Source of the DNA: Botryllus schlosseri
Lineage: Eukaryota
Direction of reading: 5' to 3'
Assembly: GCA_051294905.1 (NCBI GenBank)
Contig: CM119371.1
Span: forward strand, 12,030,001-12,094,000
DNA length: 64,000 bases
Each line of letters opens with the position of its first letter. Positions within the stretch are counted from its first letter, which is position 1. Below the pieces are notes generated by a model. The model saw only the letters and a list, made by a program, of their open reading frames with translations. It ran no database searches and had not been told where the DNA came from. Position numbers and translations under genes: made by a program. Shown piece after piece: positions 51,786-64,000 of the stretch.

Positions 51786-52627
51786 CAGTGGTCGCAAACT
51801 CAAAATCGGTCGCGGGCCACTTTTTAAACTTCTCAGCGGCCGAGGTTCGTATGAATTCAATATCGATATGAATTAGGCAAACACGATTAAAAACTTTATG
51901 ACCGTACAACACCGTGCTGCCTAGCATAGGCGATGGGCATAGTGACCACAAAAGGAGTAATATTTTATTAAATGAATTCAAGTACAACAAAAATTCATAA
52001 TCATAATCATCAAATTCATTTTACTTTGAACTCCGAGCTGGAAACGCTTTTCAGCTACCAAGCAATAAATATTGGAGCTAGCGAGATACGTTACTATCTG
52101 AAAGACAATCTCCTCGTAAAGCTTGATCTTGTGGCGAAGCTATAAGCCACTGGCCGTCAATTTTTTTAGACATGCACCGTTTATGATACTTAAAACGTTA
52201 GCTCCACCTTATCCCCTATCGTCATATCACAAAATGCAACCTATATGTAAATCGCGCCCTGCTCAGAAATTTTTTTAATTGAGCACAGTTCCGCACTCCT
52301 TCAGATACTTTTACTACCCCACAAGAGGGGTACGCCAACAGTTTGAAAACCACTGCTTTATGCCGTTTACTACGAGTCATCGGTCTTGGCAGTGTTTGGG
52401 CCATTGTACGTCAAGGCAATATGCCCAGTTCATTCATATCAGCTGATTATTCTTTCTCGACGGAATGCTGTTGCCATCGCATGTTGGGCACAGGAGAATA
52501 GCTTATTTTGAAACAGAAACAATATGTTGAATCTTTAGTCAGTTTCCGCATTCAAACCTTTCAAAATCTCAAATCAAGTCGCGGGCTGCAAAATATAATA
52601 TAGCGGGCCGCGTCTTGGTAACCCCTG
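51786..52627. mobile_element. hAT-type MITE, relative of 6918-7927
   Basis: Termini cagtggtc...aacccctg; TSD tcctagac; same inner MITE (~52146-52356). Confidence 0.8.
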
Positions 52628-52996
52628 TCCTAGACGTTCGCTTCACAGCAGGGGGTACAGAAATTCACGTAAATAATGAAATGTGGATATTCGAATCCTC
52701 AATAATCACCGCGAACTGAAGTCTTACAACTACGTCTTACGGATGCGCTTAAATACCAAATATTGTTGCCTACGACGATACGTAATGGAGACTCACATAT
52801 TAGAAATATGTTATCCCCCACTGAATAATTACAATCAATGTGTTACTTGACGTGTGGGACCTTGGTATAATTTTGATATAGGTGATATCTGATTAGTTGG
52901 TCTCCTCGAAATGATATCAAATTATATCCACACGGCCGATTTCAATTTGATGTTATGTAGCCTACAGATGTTTGGATATAATTTACCCACAACGTT

Positions 52997-53222
52997 ATGA
53001 AGCTATTAATAATATCCAACGCCTCGAATAAAGTCGTGGAAGTGACAGAAAAATCGGAGATCAAAAATGCCGTCGAGAAAGCTTTCAAAGATGAAATTCG
53101 GAACCGGCCATATAAGATACGGTATTTCGTCAAAGAGTTTGACCACTTCGTTGATTTGGAATTCGCAAACATTGAAGATTATGGAAGGATGAAACTTATT
53201 TTACAAGACAGTTCCACTAAAG
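52997..53222 (+). CDS. Coding exon, 75-aa small domain (possibly ubiquitin-like/PB1-like)
   Basis: MKLLIISNASNKVVEV...YKIRYFVKEFDHFVDLEFANIEDYGRMKLILQDSSTK, ending at a perfect AAG|gtaagt phase-1 donor; fold assignment is by pattern only. Confidence 0.65.
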
Positions 53223-54649
53223 GTAAGTCTTCGCAATTTTCAATGGTAATTAGTTTGGTCATTACTGTACGGTTTACTTGGCACACAAAAAGTTCATGAA
53301 ATACCCAATTGATAGTAATTTATTGGTGGTAGTGAAGAAAGGCAAGTCACGATGTTTCCTCATAGTACACGAAATCCTTAAAACATCGTATCATTGTCGC
53401 TCATCCAAGTATAATAATTTCAATCCACCCATGTATAATAATTTCAATCAAAAGACTTTAATCAGTATAAAGAGTTTGAATAAAGGCAAGGCTCGATCTC
53501 TACCCATGGTACGTTCTATCCTAAAATATGAAGTCAATTTTGGCAGTCGCACGCCTACACTTATCGACACTTAACAAACTCATCCATTAAATAGTGAATC
53601 TTATGCGGATGCGAACGAAATCATGATCCACAATTTCACTTTCGGGATGACAAAAAAAAACAGTAGAGTAAATGTGACAATGAGAAATAGCTTTCTCTGA
53701 CAATTTTACGCATATACTAGTTATAGACCCCTTCATAGTGGAAATACGATCAATGACGAGTCTGCCTGGGATACTTTGGTCACGATAAACCACCCTGCTG
53801 ATTGTCAAGTACATCCTCTATACCAGTGGTTCGCAACCTTTTGTCTTCGCAGACCCCTTTTGGGCCATCAGGGACCCCCGAGGATCCACCGAGTTTTAAT
53901 GCAAATTAATCGCAATTATCCTGCAGCAGTCATCTGTCTTGTGCAAATATTAACTGTATAGATAGAAAGATAGGAGTTTGCGGATATTATATAATTACTA
54001 GGAATGGTATGAACCTCTGAAAGCTCAAGGTTAGTGCGAACTCGAACCTTTTTATAACGTTCGGTGTGAACGTCAACGTAAACCTCATGACGTAATGTGA
54101 CGTGATATTGCTCATTTTAACCCTATAATTCTGTGATGTGATATATTTACGATACCCAGCGGCGACTTGGGCCTCATTATGCCACGATAATGAAGTACAT
54201 AATGATTTTTTAAACGTCGTCAAATGTATCAACTTCGAAAGTCAAACGAAATTATATTCCCTTAAAATCAATATCTTCCGTCGCTTTGTCAGCAATTTTG
54301 ACATGGACTTGCGAGAGACAAATGATCGGCGTTTGAGTATTGCTACGTTGATATTGAGCAGAGTATTAAACGAATTTTTATACTTGCTTCCGATATCACC
54401 ACAATAACAAGTTATACAGCAATGAGGGATTTTTAGAACCTCTGAAAGGTTCAGCTTCGTGCCAACAATTTCGACGAGAACTTGCAAGCGAATATAAGCT
54501 GACGCCTTAACGGTCTAGGCCAGACCGGACAATTCGTTCGCCGTCTGAATATTGCTACGTTGATGTTGAACATAGTGTAAAACGGTTTTACCCCATTAAC
54601 AAGTTGACAGCAGTAGCCAACACCCCAATCGCGCGGATTTGGTTTATAT

Positions 54650-55947
54650 CAGTGGTTCTTAACCTTGCCCCCAGCGCCCCCCAGGGGGCGCTGGCGGTTT
54701 TTAAGGGGGCGGAAACGCTCAGGGGGCGATATGGGGGGCGCTGGGCTCAGGGGGGCGGTATGGGGGGCGCTGGAGAAAAATGGCTTCGCAGTAGATGATG
54801 TGGTGATGGGACATATCCCTAATGAGTATTCAGAGCAAATTAACACCGAAAACTTCGTTACATATAGCCTTCAAAATACATATAATAGGTTTAATTGTCC
54901 ATGGGCGCCTAAATGACTGACACCGAATGTTCCTGTCTTGGCAATCTGAACCCCAGAAGACGAATTCCATCTGGCAGGGAAAAATTATATGTCAGTGAAG
55001 AAATGCCAATCTGAAATCGTGTGCGTCTTTTAGTTTAGTACGATTGGGCTACAGGGATATTCCTGTTGGGCGATATCCCCGTTGAGCGATTCTATATTTT
55101 TTGATATTGCAGACAGGCGGTCACGAAATAACATCATGCAACGAAGTCATACCAACGGGTTCGCCCGCCCGAATATGTTTAATTATTAGTAACGGGCCCT
55201 ACAGTTTCCAAGAAACCTCACAATGTTCGTTTTAAGTTTTGATGAGTCTGCGCACACTCAACAACTCACTGCGCTGACCCCTGGACAACAGTGCGTATCG
55301 ACTAAAAAAAGGTAATTCATTCGCTTTGCGCGAATAGGCGAGAATAGCTGCCTCAGTAAATGGACACCCAATGTAGATACCTAACAGGCTTTCAGGAAAT
55401 AGAGGACAGCCTAATGGGGGTCTGGGAGTGAAGTCCCCCGGAAGCTTTGGTTTATCACCCGAGTGGGGCCCAGGACCAACGTTTTTTGTTTGGGGGGGGG
55501 GGGCTGACGAAGTGCTGTTACGGCCCTGGTAACGAATAATTGTACCTGCGGGCACGCCCGAATATGTTTAATTATTAATTACGTGCCCTTTATCTTCCTA
55601 TACAACAGCTCACTCAGTTTATCGCGACTTATATATGTAATTACTACCTATTCATTCATGCATTATAGAAAATTTTGGTACCTAGGGCGACCAGGCCACA
55701 CAAACTTTGCTGACCAACGAAATCACGATAGGGGGTTCGTGGGGGCGAAGCCCTCAGAAGTTCGGTTTATCACGCTATGAGTGCGCAAGGCAGTCGTTTT
55801 TAGGTGGTTGACGAAGTGCTGTTACGGCCCTCCCTCTTACTCATTGTCTTTATGACATTCCTTACGAAGTTGGGAAGTTTGGGGGGGCGCTGGAACACGA
55901 TAATTTTTGAAAGGGGGCGCTGGAGGAAAAAAGGTTAAGAACCACTG
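54650..55947. mobile_element. hAT-type MITE with GGGGCG subterminal repeats
   Basis: TIR cagtggttcttaacctt...aaggttaagaaccactg; TSD gtttatat. Confidence 0.88.
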
Positions 55948-58900
55948 GTTTATATGATACAATGAACATATGAAATCGAGATCAATTTCATTGATAGGTT
56001 GGATAGGCATCATTCGGTGACTATCTACATGTAGTGTATTTCGCTCTTGATGTTGTGTGATTGCGAGTCAAGCTCACATCAGAGAGTCACTAAATATTGA
56101 TATTATGGATATTACGAGCAAACTTTTGTAACAAAGCAGGTATTATTTTTAGATTGCCAAGGTTTGTTTGTTTGTTTGGGGGTATTCATGGTGTTTGTCG
56201 ACTACTATGGTCATTTACACTAGGCCGATATTCTTCTTATTTTCCGTAGCTGCCGACTTATAGCACGGCCCACCTCTAGGCTTTTTGTAAGACACCGCTG
56301 ACGCGGATGAGGTGCTGAGGCTAAGGTGCATGCTCGATCAGTGTTGAATTTTTATGCTGCCTGCGCCATTCATAGAGTGGCCCACAGTTGAAAACAATAA
56401 ATTTCAACCAATGATGCTATAATAACGTGAAAATTTTAATAAATGCAGAACAGGTTCGTCTCTGAACGTGACCCTCGAAATTTCCAAGGTTCGCACACAA
56501 AATGCGAACGTGAACCTCACGTTTACACCATCCCTAACAGCAATACCCAAAACGGCAATTGCAGGTATTTGGCTTTCATGATACGATAACCACATCAAAT
56601 CTAGATCTTTCACACTAGACAACGCTAGCAATTTTACCGATTGGTTCTATATGAACAAGCCTCATTCCCTGAATACTTACGTGTAGCCTATTTCGCTCAT
56701 GATGTTATGATTGCAGGTCAAGCTCACCGCAGAGAGTCACTAAATATTCATAAACGGAATGCTTGATATTTTGAGAAAGCCGTTGTAACAAAGGCAGTAA
56801 AACTTTTGAGATTGTCAAGATCCACGCTCGTTTAGTGATAGTTGATATGCAATTAATATCAACCAAAGACGTTATAATGGCGTGAAAAATGGTAATGTAT
56901 GGAATTGATTCACATTGCAGAACCTACCAAGGTTTCAGCAGGTACAAATCGAAATCACCTGGTGATCTCACCATACAAATAAGGTTATACTAGGGATGAT
57001 ATGAACCCCTGAAAGGTTCCGTGTGAACGCGAACGTGAACCTATGACGTCACGTGACTTCATATTGCGAATTCCAACCCCACATTTTTGTGAAGTAATAT
57101 ATTAATTTACATGAAAACTAAAGACCACCCAGGCCATATTATTAGCGTGCTGACTCATCTAACGTCCCCTAATGTTTCAACTGGAACCAACAAATGATAT
57201 ATTATTTTCACAAAATCATCATCTTCAGTCACCAACAATTTCGACGAGGACTTCGCTAGATTGCATATATATATGCTTAAAACTGAAACACCGGTTTATA
57301 AAGATCGGATGGATTTGGTTTTCATATTACCATTAAATTATCAAACCTAGAAATATCCCGTACGGCAGAAAGATTTTCTACAATTGACACATATGCGTTT
57401 TAAATCCATTTTGTTGATGCAAATAATCGATTGGTTGACCAGGCACAATTCGCTGACTTCCTACATCATGGGTGGAAAAACCTGCAGCGGTAGAATGAAA
57501 GTTGTCCGTCTGTCAACGCGAAATTCAATGAGCAGGCTTTTGCGGCCGTCGACATGCAAATAGAATTCACAAACAGACTCCCGAATATCTTGAGTGATTT
57601 TTATCAATCTTGAAATTTTCTTCGCCCTCTGCTCCATTTCTTGCGACTTCAATTTTCGAATTTTATATAGTAGCACCCGTTGCAATTTGAGCTGCACACT
57701 AACAGATGCGAAATGCGCACAGCAGACGTAAATGATGCGTTGCATAATGGATATAACAACTGGGAATCGTATGTTCTACACGAAAGTCATTTGTTTCATA
57801 TACGTTTGGGCGATTCCGATACATTTCCACTGCACCGCAAATCTTGATGGGAGATCAAAAATAACAGCATGTTGCGAAGTAACCAAGAAAATTTGGCCCA
57901 CCCTAAGTTAAATGATCATTTTACTTTGCCCTAAATTTTCGAAGACACCCCCTCCATCAACTCTACCGGTGAATCTGATAACATGGGCTGAGACAGGATA
58001 AGTGTTTGGAAGTAATATGTGCAACTACGAATATTAATGATGATATTCATTGGCGGATCTGAAAATATGTTTGCGCTTCGCGGGAGCATACGTTCATTTC
58101 CGGTAAACTTATGACTAATCTGTGTACCATATCTGCTAACCATATGCACCGACATCGCTAGTGGTCACGCATATCTCGTATATAGAATAGGTTCATCAGG
58201 GTTGTTTAAATGGTAAATTTCATCCATAATTATCCTAATACAAACGCCTAAAAATTTATACAAAACAAAAACATAATATGATCTCAAAGGTTGGAAACAG
58301 ACTTGCACAACTAGATAATTCTAGTCGTCTAAATTCTCTAAATTAGAGTGAAATATCAGTAATCTAATCCTAATTCAAATTGTAAAAAGCTGAAAAATTT
58401 CTACTTGTCCAAGTATATGCTAGCCTAACTAACTAATACTTTGACTACGATACTCGCTATACCAACAGTTAGGACAACAGCAGCATAAATGGAGAACGGT
58501 TCTTAGTACGCAAAATAGGCAGACTGTCTGCAGTTCACGCCGGTACATTACGAAGAATGATCATTAACACAGCAAGGTAATCACTACAAAGCTGAAGTCG
58601 GTACCAATTTGACACCAAACACACAACAATCACAAAATGCAACCAGAATGCTAGCAATCCCAAGGGGTAGTTTGATGGCATAGAAGGTTATGTCTGTTGG
58701 TAAGAGAATTCTCAAATGGGAACTTAGAACTATACACGGAGCAATAACTATAAATTGGAGGTAAGTGCGAAAGAAAATTCAGTTGACCGCAGATTCGCGT
58801 CCCAATTCGGATGCTTTCAATCCCTCGCCGTTTGACAGCCACAGCACTGTCACAATACATATTGTGTAGTCTCCTCGTCGCCACGTGATCCGAGAAAGCG

Positions 58901-59456
58901 TTGTCTTATAAAAGCCTAGAAGTGGCCGTGCTACAAGTCGGCTAATACGGAATCAAACTAAAGAATATCGGTACGTTGTAATATGACCAATGCAGTCGAA
59001 ACACCATGAATACCAAACAAATAAACATGTTGGGAAACATGTAAGGGAACCCAAACTTTTCGAAATTGGCAAGGCTCATCCTCGTTTAGTGCTGAATGTC
59101 CTTTCATATTGCCTTCGACATGCAAAGTTGCCGAAGTTGGAATGCAAAGTATTTCAACCGAAAATCACATGCAAATGGTAATAGACTACCTGCGTATGAA
59201 ACAGGCTCACGGTGTAGAACCTACGACGTTTCGTTTGAGACCGCGATACTATAAATTGCTGAGATTCACACACTAAACGTGAACGGGAATCTTACGGTCA
59301 CACCATCCCTAATCGGCATATGAGTTAGAAATAGCAAGCATGTCACTCAATAGATTTTATTTTACTAATTTCTTGCTAACTCAATGAAAGGAACCTATAG
59401 GAATGCGTAGCCGGCTACTGGAAAAAACAGATTATTGAAGAAAACTTCTCTCACAG

Positions 59457-59564
59457 GAGCGGCAGCATTGGCAGAACGCGAAAAAGAAGGATCGAGCACC
59501 AATATTCATGCAAACAATATAAAGTATCTTTACATACAATCTGAAGGAGGTTCTACAAACAAAG
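59457..59564 (+). CDS. Predicted 108-nt exon paralogous to NACHT-gene exon 2 (GAAALAEREKEGSSTNIHANNIKYLYIQSEGGSTNK)
   Basis: cttctctcacag acceptor and AAG|gttcgc donor; phase 1-1, open; same length and G-x3-LAE start as 11728-11835. Confidence 0.55.
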
Positions 59565-62500
59565 GTTCGCATATTTGGGCGCTTTTTTGCCAAGCAGAAT
59601 AATTGATCTGGTTTTACTCTTGGTATCGGTAAAGGATGAGTAGGCTTATGTTAACTCTTTTGAAGGGCGGGGTGGATATTTGCATCAAGTCATATTTGGG
59701 CTACGATGTCGATTTCTCCGTCAGTACATGGAGTAGACAAGCGGTTTTGGAGTTTATGAAAAGCCTGTATTTTCGATTCGTTTGACAGCTTATACATATT
59801 TTTTCGTGAGGAAATTTTCTTATGCTGAACTTCGCAGAAATGGATTTTCACCAGGCGTGAGAGGATTTGGAATTTCTATGTGACAATCCAATGGACATCT
59901 TAATCCAGAACTGTTTTATATTCAAACCCGTGTTCAATCCTAATCCGATTGGAACTTCAAAGTTGAAAAATAAATGCTAAATTATGCAAGAAAGGAACAG
60001 GAAATTTTTCCTTGACAATCAACATTTCTCTTGATTTAAGATAACTTAGCATAGGGCTGCATCACTCATGTTCATTGGCACCGAGGCTACCATAGTTTAG
60101 TGTACCCTGAGTACATTGATAACTGATTTGAATGAAGTTTATCGCCATTCACAGCACGCACTGATTGGGATTCTGATCTGATTATCACGCCCTGCCCACC
60201 AACCTATGTAAATCTTTCAAACATATTTTCAATATTCATATTTCGACATGTATTGAACAGTATGTACTACGATCTGGGTTGACGGCAGGTTCGGAACCTG
60301 GCAACCACGGCTATGATTCAGTGTTGGGATCGAGTCACTACCTTCGAGTCACAAGTCATTTCGAGTCAATGCACATTTTGACTCGAGTCAAGTCAAGTCA
60401 ATCGATTTTCTAAGGTGACTCGAGTCAAGTCAAGTCAAGTTACTCGATTGTCGGAGGTGACTAGAGTCAAGTCGAGTTAGGTCAAGTCAAGTCACGAGTT
60501 AGGTCACAATTCAAGTCAAGTTGCCTTTTGAAATTATGAGGCATGCTTACGTCATTGCATTTTGCTAGCTGTCTGAAATACAGATTGAGCGATCATTGAT
60601 TCTGCACCGATGAACGAATATAGAGTTGGATATACGCGAGAAGGTGCTAGGGCGATGGACTCTGGTCTACACTGAAGGCGAAAGCTCTGTTTGTTTATTA
60701 TACTTTCGAGCGCCTCAATATACCTCATTACGTTTCATTACGCTTCGACTCGCTACGCTCGAAAACGCCCTCCGAGCGTTTTATTCGAGACCTAGAGAAG
60801 CGTATAGCGGCGATAACTGAAAATCGAATGAGGTAGTCGGTGGTCCCGATGCCGGTGGCGTTAAGTAGACGTCGCAAAAGATATGTATAGCTATTAGTTA
60901 CCGCTTTTGGCGTTGAGATTACTCCACGTGATCGATTGCGAGGAAAAGAAAAGGTGAGTTCACCCAATATTAAACAGACGAGAAGCTTCAAGTATATAGA
61001 CACGGTTCCTGTGCGCCAATGTGGAATCGGTGTCTTGTGCACACTGCACAGTACACCAGAGATTTTGTTTATTATACCTATGCCTGAAAGTAGAAACCGC
61101 CTCGTCACACCAAATATAATATGCTGGATGTATCAGGATTCAAACCTGGCCTGTTCGATCATATCTTGTCATGTCAAATACCGTTGCTGTGCCATACCAT
61201 GCTTGGCTTTCACCTAAATTTTCGTCGCTATTTTGAATTCCTAATACCAAATTGCTTATGCCCTGCATGTTAAAGTCAACTAGGCCGTCAGCCAATCTTT
61301 GTCTTGCTCTTTGTTCCCTCTAAGCTGCGCACGTGCGTAAATGCGCACGTGCTGAAACGGTCTCTGCGCACAGAAAATCTACGCTGCGCACAAAAAAATC
61401 AGAAATGATGTTTTTTTATAGTTATTGCGCACTGTTGTCCAATGGAACACGCAGGCGCGCAGATTCGTGAAAATTAAGATGGAACATTGCCAGGGCCAAA
61501 TAGTGCTATCACTGAAGTCTGAAATCGGGGTACAAGTGCGCCCCGCAAAGGTAACTATTGCGCTCCGTGAAGAAATTAGAGTTCACAATCACCAGCGTCT
61601 CACGGAATATATTATTTTAGTATGGCCTCGTACACGTGAGCGATACTGATATCATTTCAATAGCGCATTATTTTCTGGGAATGGCGAAATAACATGGTTT
61701 AACAAAGTTTCAAATAACAATGGGCTAGCTCGAAAGTTAATCTTCGAGAAACTAACGAATGATAGTCTTCTTCGCGTGGCATGAACATTGCGTAAGATTT
61801 ACTCAGGACCGTAACTTTCGCACCCCAAACCCTCCAATTGGAGGGGCCGAGCTCGAAGGGGGTCCAAAATTATTTCTAGAATTAACATAAATCATGGTGT
61901 ATTTTTTGAAATTTTTCAGGAATTTTTTTTCGCGCTACGCGCGTTTTATTATTGTAAGATATCTGATTAATGGGTACCCTTTCCCAATAAAATTTAGGCA
62001 TGATCTATAGAAATGGGCAGTTGGGCGTCGGCCATTACCGCACCATGACGCGCCAAGACATATTAAGGTAAAGGCTATGCGAATCCAAGAAGTGCGTCAG
62101 AACGATCAGCAGCGAGAAAACCTTCGGCAAAAAAGACTGCCACGGTGCTGACCGAAAACTTCGATATATACAAATATATGTGTAATTGTCCATGTCCATG
62201 GGCGCCTATATGGCTGGCGCCGAATGTTCCTGTCCTGGCGATCCAAGTCCCACCAACAAGACAAATGCCATATCGAAGGAACATTATTTTCCAGTTAAGA
62301 AATACCAATTTGAAATCGTGTACTTTAGTACGTTTTGGCGATTTCAATACTTTTTGACATAGCAGATAGGGGGTCACGAAATAGCGTCAGGTTACGAAGT
62401 CATTATATCAACGGGTGCGCCCGAAGATGTTTTATTATTATTTAGAGGGCATATCTATTCCAACACACCTCACTGGATCAGCTCTACCGCTAAATCTGAT

Positions 62501-62929
62501 TATGTGACCAGGTAGAGGATAAAAATTGACAGCAATATATATGCAATTCCCGGTCATATTGGCCGATGCAATCATAAATTATAGAAAAATTTCCGCGCTT
62601 CGCGCGTTTAGGGACGCTACTAATAAATAGGCACCCAATGTACATGATAAGTACCGGAAGAAGCCTAGAGCCGCAGGTGGGTCTGGGGGGCGAAGCCCCC
62701 CAGTAGTTAGTTTTATTACCCGATTGGAGGGTGGTTGCGCACTGTTGTCCAAGGGCCTGCGCAGTGAGTTGGTGTGTTTGCGCAGACTCTTGAAAAATTA
62801 GAGGGAACATTGTTGGCACATCTATTTTGTGCATGCTATTGCTGTAGATCTATTTTGTGCACGCTATAGCTGTATCACAAGTAGTAACAGAAAATCCTTG
62901 TTCGAAACACTGTTCTATATCCTTGTTTT

Positions 62930-63300
62930 GCAGATATTGATGACTGGCGACTTTTATTAAGCAACTGGATTTTCCAACTTAATCAGCAAATCTGCTGCAG
63001 CAGAAATTACTCAATCTGGGATATACTCCAACCTTGTTTTATGACAAAATGAATAGGGAAATGTCGCTGATGAATTCAACAGGACATGTCATTCCAGAAT
63101 TGCCTTGGATGGAAAGCATGTTATGTTGCAACTCGCAAGCACCCACCAGATCGACCATGTCTGGCTCAGTATTCTGCAATTATAAATAGTAAATTGGTAG
63201 TGTGCTATTCGTAGCACGGTAGATGATGTGACGCTTCACGTATGGTCGAGGTGAATGATAGTTCAGTATTTACCAATTCGAACTGCAACAACCATATTCT
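62930..63300 (+). pseudogene. Decayed PIF/Harbinger transposase fragment
   Basis: LMTGDF...ISKSAAAEI, VADEFN...IALDGKHV and SGSVFCNYK, with stops and frameshifts. Confidence 0.75.
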
Positions 63301-64000
63301 GTTCATATTGAAGCAGGAAATTGTTGTTTCACCAATTGATTATATAACAAAATGAATTGTTGAAGACAGCTGATGAATTCAACATGATATAACATTTCCC
63401 AGTTGCCTTGGATCTATAATGAAAACGCATTGATATTGCAGGAGTATATGGTAATTGACAATCTTCAAACCTACATGAACCTACTAACCGCAAGCAGATC
63501 TCATTGGATCTGGCTTTCATTCGATCAGAGGCAACCGCTGCGTAGCTGTTGCAGAGTTTTGCAATTTATACCGCCGATACAGCTGTGATACAGATGTGAT
63601 ACACCTGATTGCGGGACTATATGATAATATCCAACATTTTGTATTTCACGCCATATCAGGATACGATTAAGACTTCCGATTTCAATGATTACGAGTCTAT
63701 ATAAGCGCATGTTTAGTGGACTGGAGATGAGATTCATGTAGACCTACTCCATTAAAGTGTTACAATATGTTGGGAAGCAACAGCCGATTTTGGCTCAATT
63801 TTAAATTATAAAAAGTATATTAGTCTGCTATTAGCAGTAGCTGATTCTTCATCATACTCCAATTCTACTGAATTGTTTTATAGATTCTATGCCGTAGAAG
63901 AAAAAATTGTTCGCTATCACTACTTGAGACCAATTTCAATATGAAGTGTCAGAATGAAAATGAGTGCATTATACACATGTCTGTTTTGTTAATGTGAAAA

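Noticed and set aside
62934..63020. NACHT exon of the plus-strand paralog (cag|ATATTGATGAC resembles cag|ATATCAATGAC)
   Set aside because: The downstream sequence carries Harbinger transposase motifs (TGD, ALDGKH, SGS..NYK) and no Walker A
1..64000. Alternative genetic code (TAG/TAA reassigned)
   Set aside because: The 356-codon NACHT exon and the RT/RNase H region contain no such codons; in-frame stops are confined to decayed elements and the duplicated gene

Overview
AT-rich eukaryotic (animal-like, probably invertebrate) genomic DNA with GT-AG introns; most of the window is transposon debris, often nested several layers deep. The ORF track misses the main gene. On the minus strand, a 1070-nt open exon (1..1070, running off the window) encodes a NACHT NTPase of the NLR type. 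Three small phase-1 exons about 10.5 kb upstream (12089-12017, 11835-11728, 11639-11613) splice in frame onto it. They give an N-terminus of about 70 aa with no death-fold domain but with a RHIM/cRHIM-like amyloid-type motif (VNLQIINSTVNVVAGHQINV). A diverged, inverted paralog of this 5' region lies at about 58290-59564 on the plus strand. It has an identically sized 108-nt phase-1 exon carrying a different amyloid-like motif (TNIHANNIKYLYIQ), which could splice to an upstream exon encoding a ubiquitin/PB1-like domain (52997-53222). A full-length, disabled Mag-like Gypsy LTR retrotransposon (15693-24849) sits inside two hAT-type elements and carries two DNA-transposon insertions. The rest comprises hAT, PIF/Harbinger, ISL2EU-like, piggyBac-like, Chapaev3-like, Penelope, LINE and SINE remnants, plus a duplicated 3' end of an unidentified plus-strand gene. 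All family assignments come from motif recognition by eye; no database searches were run.
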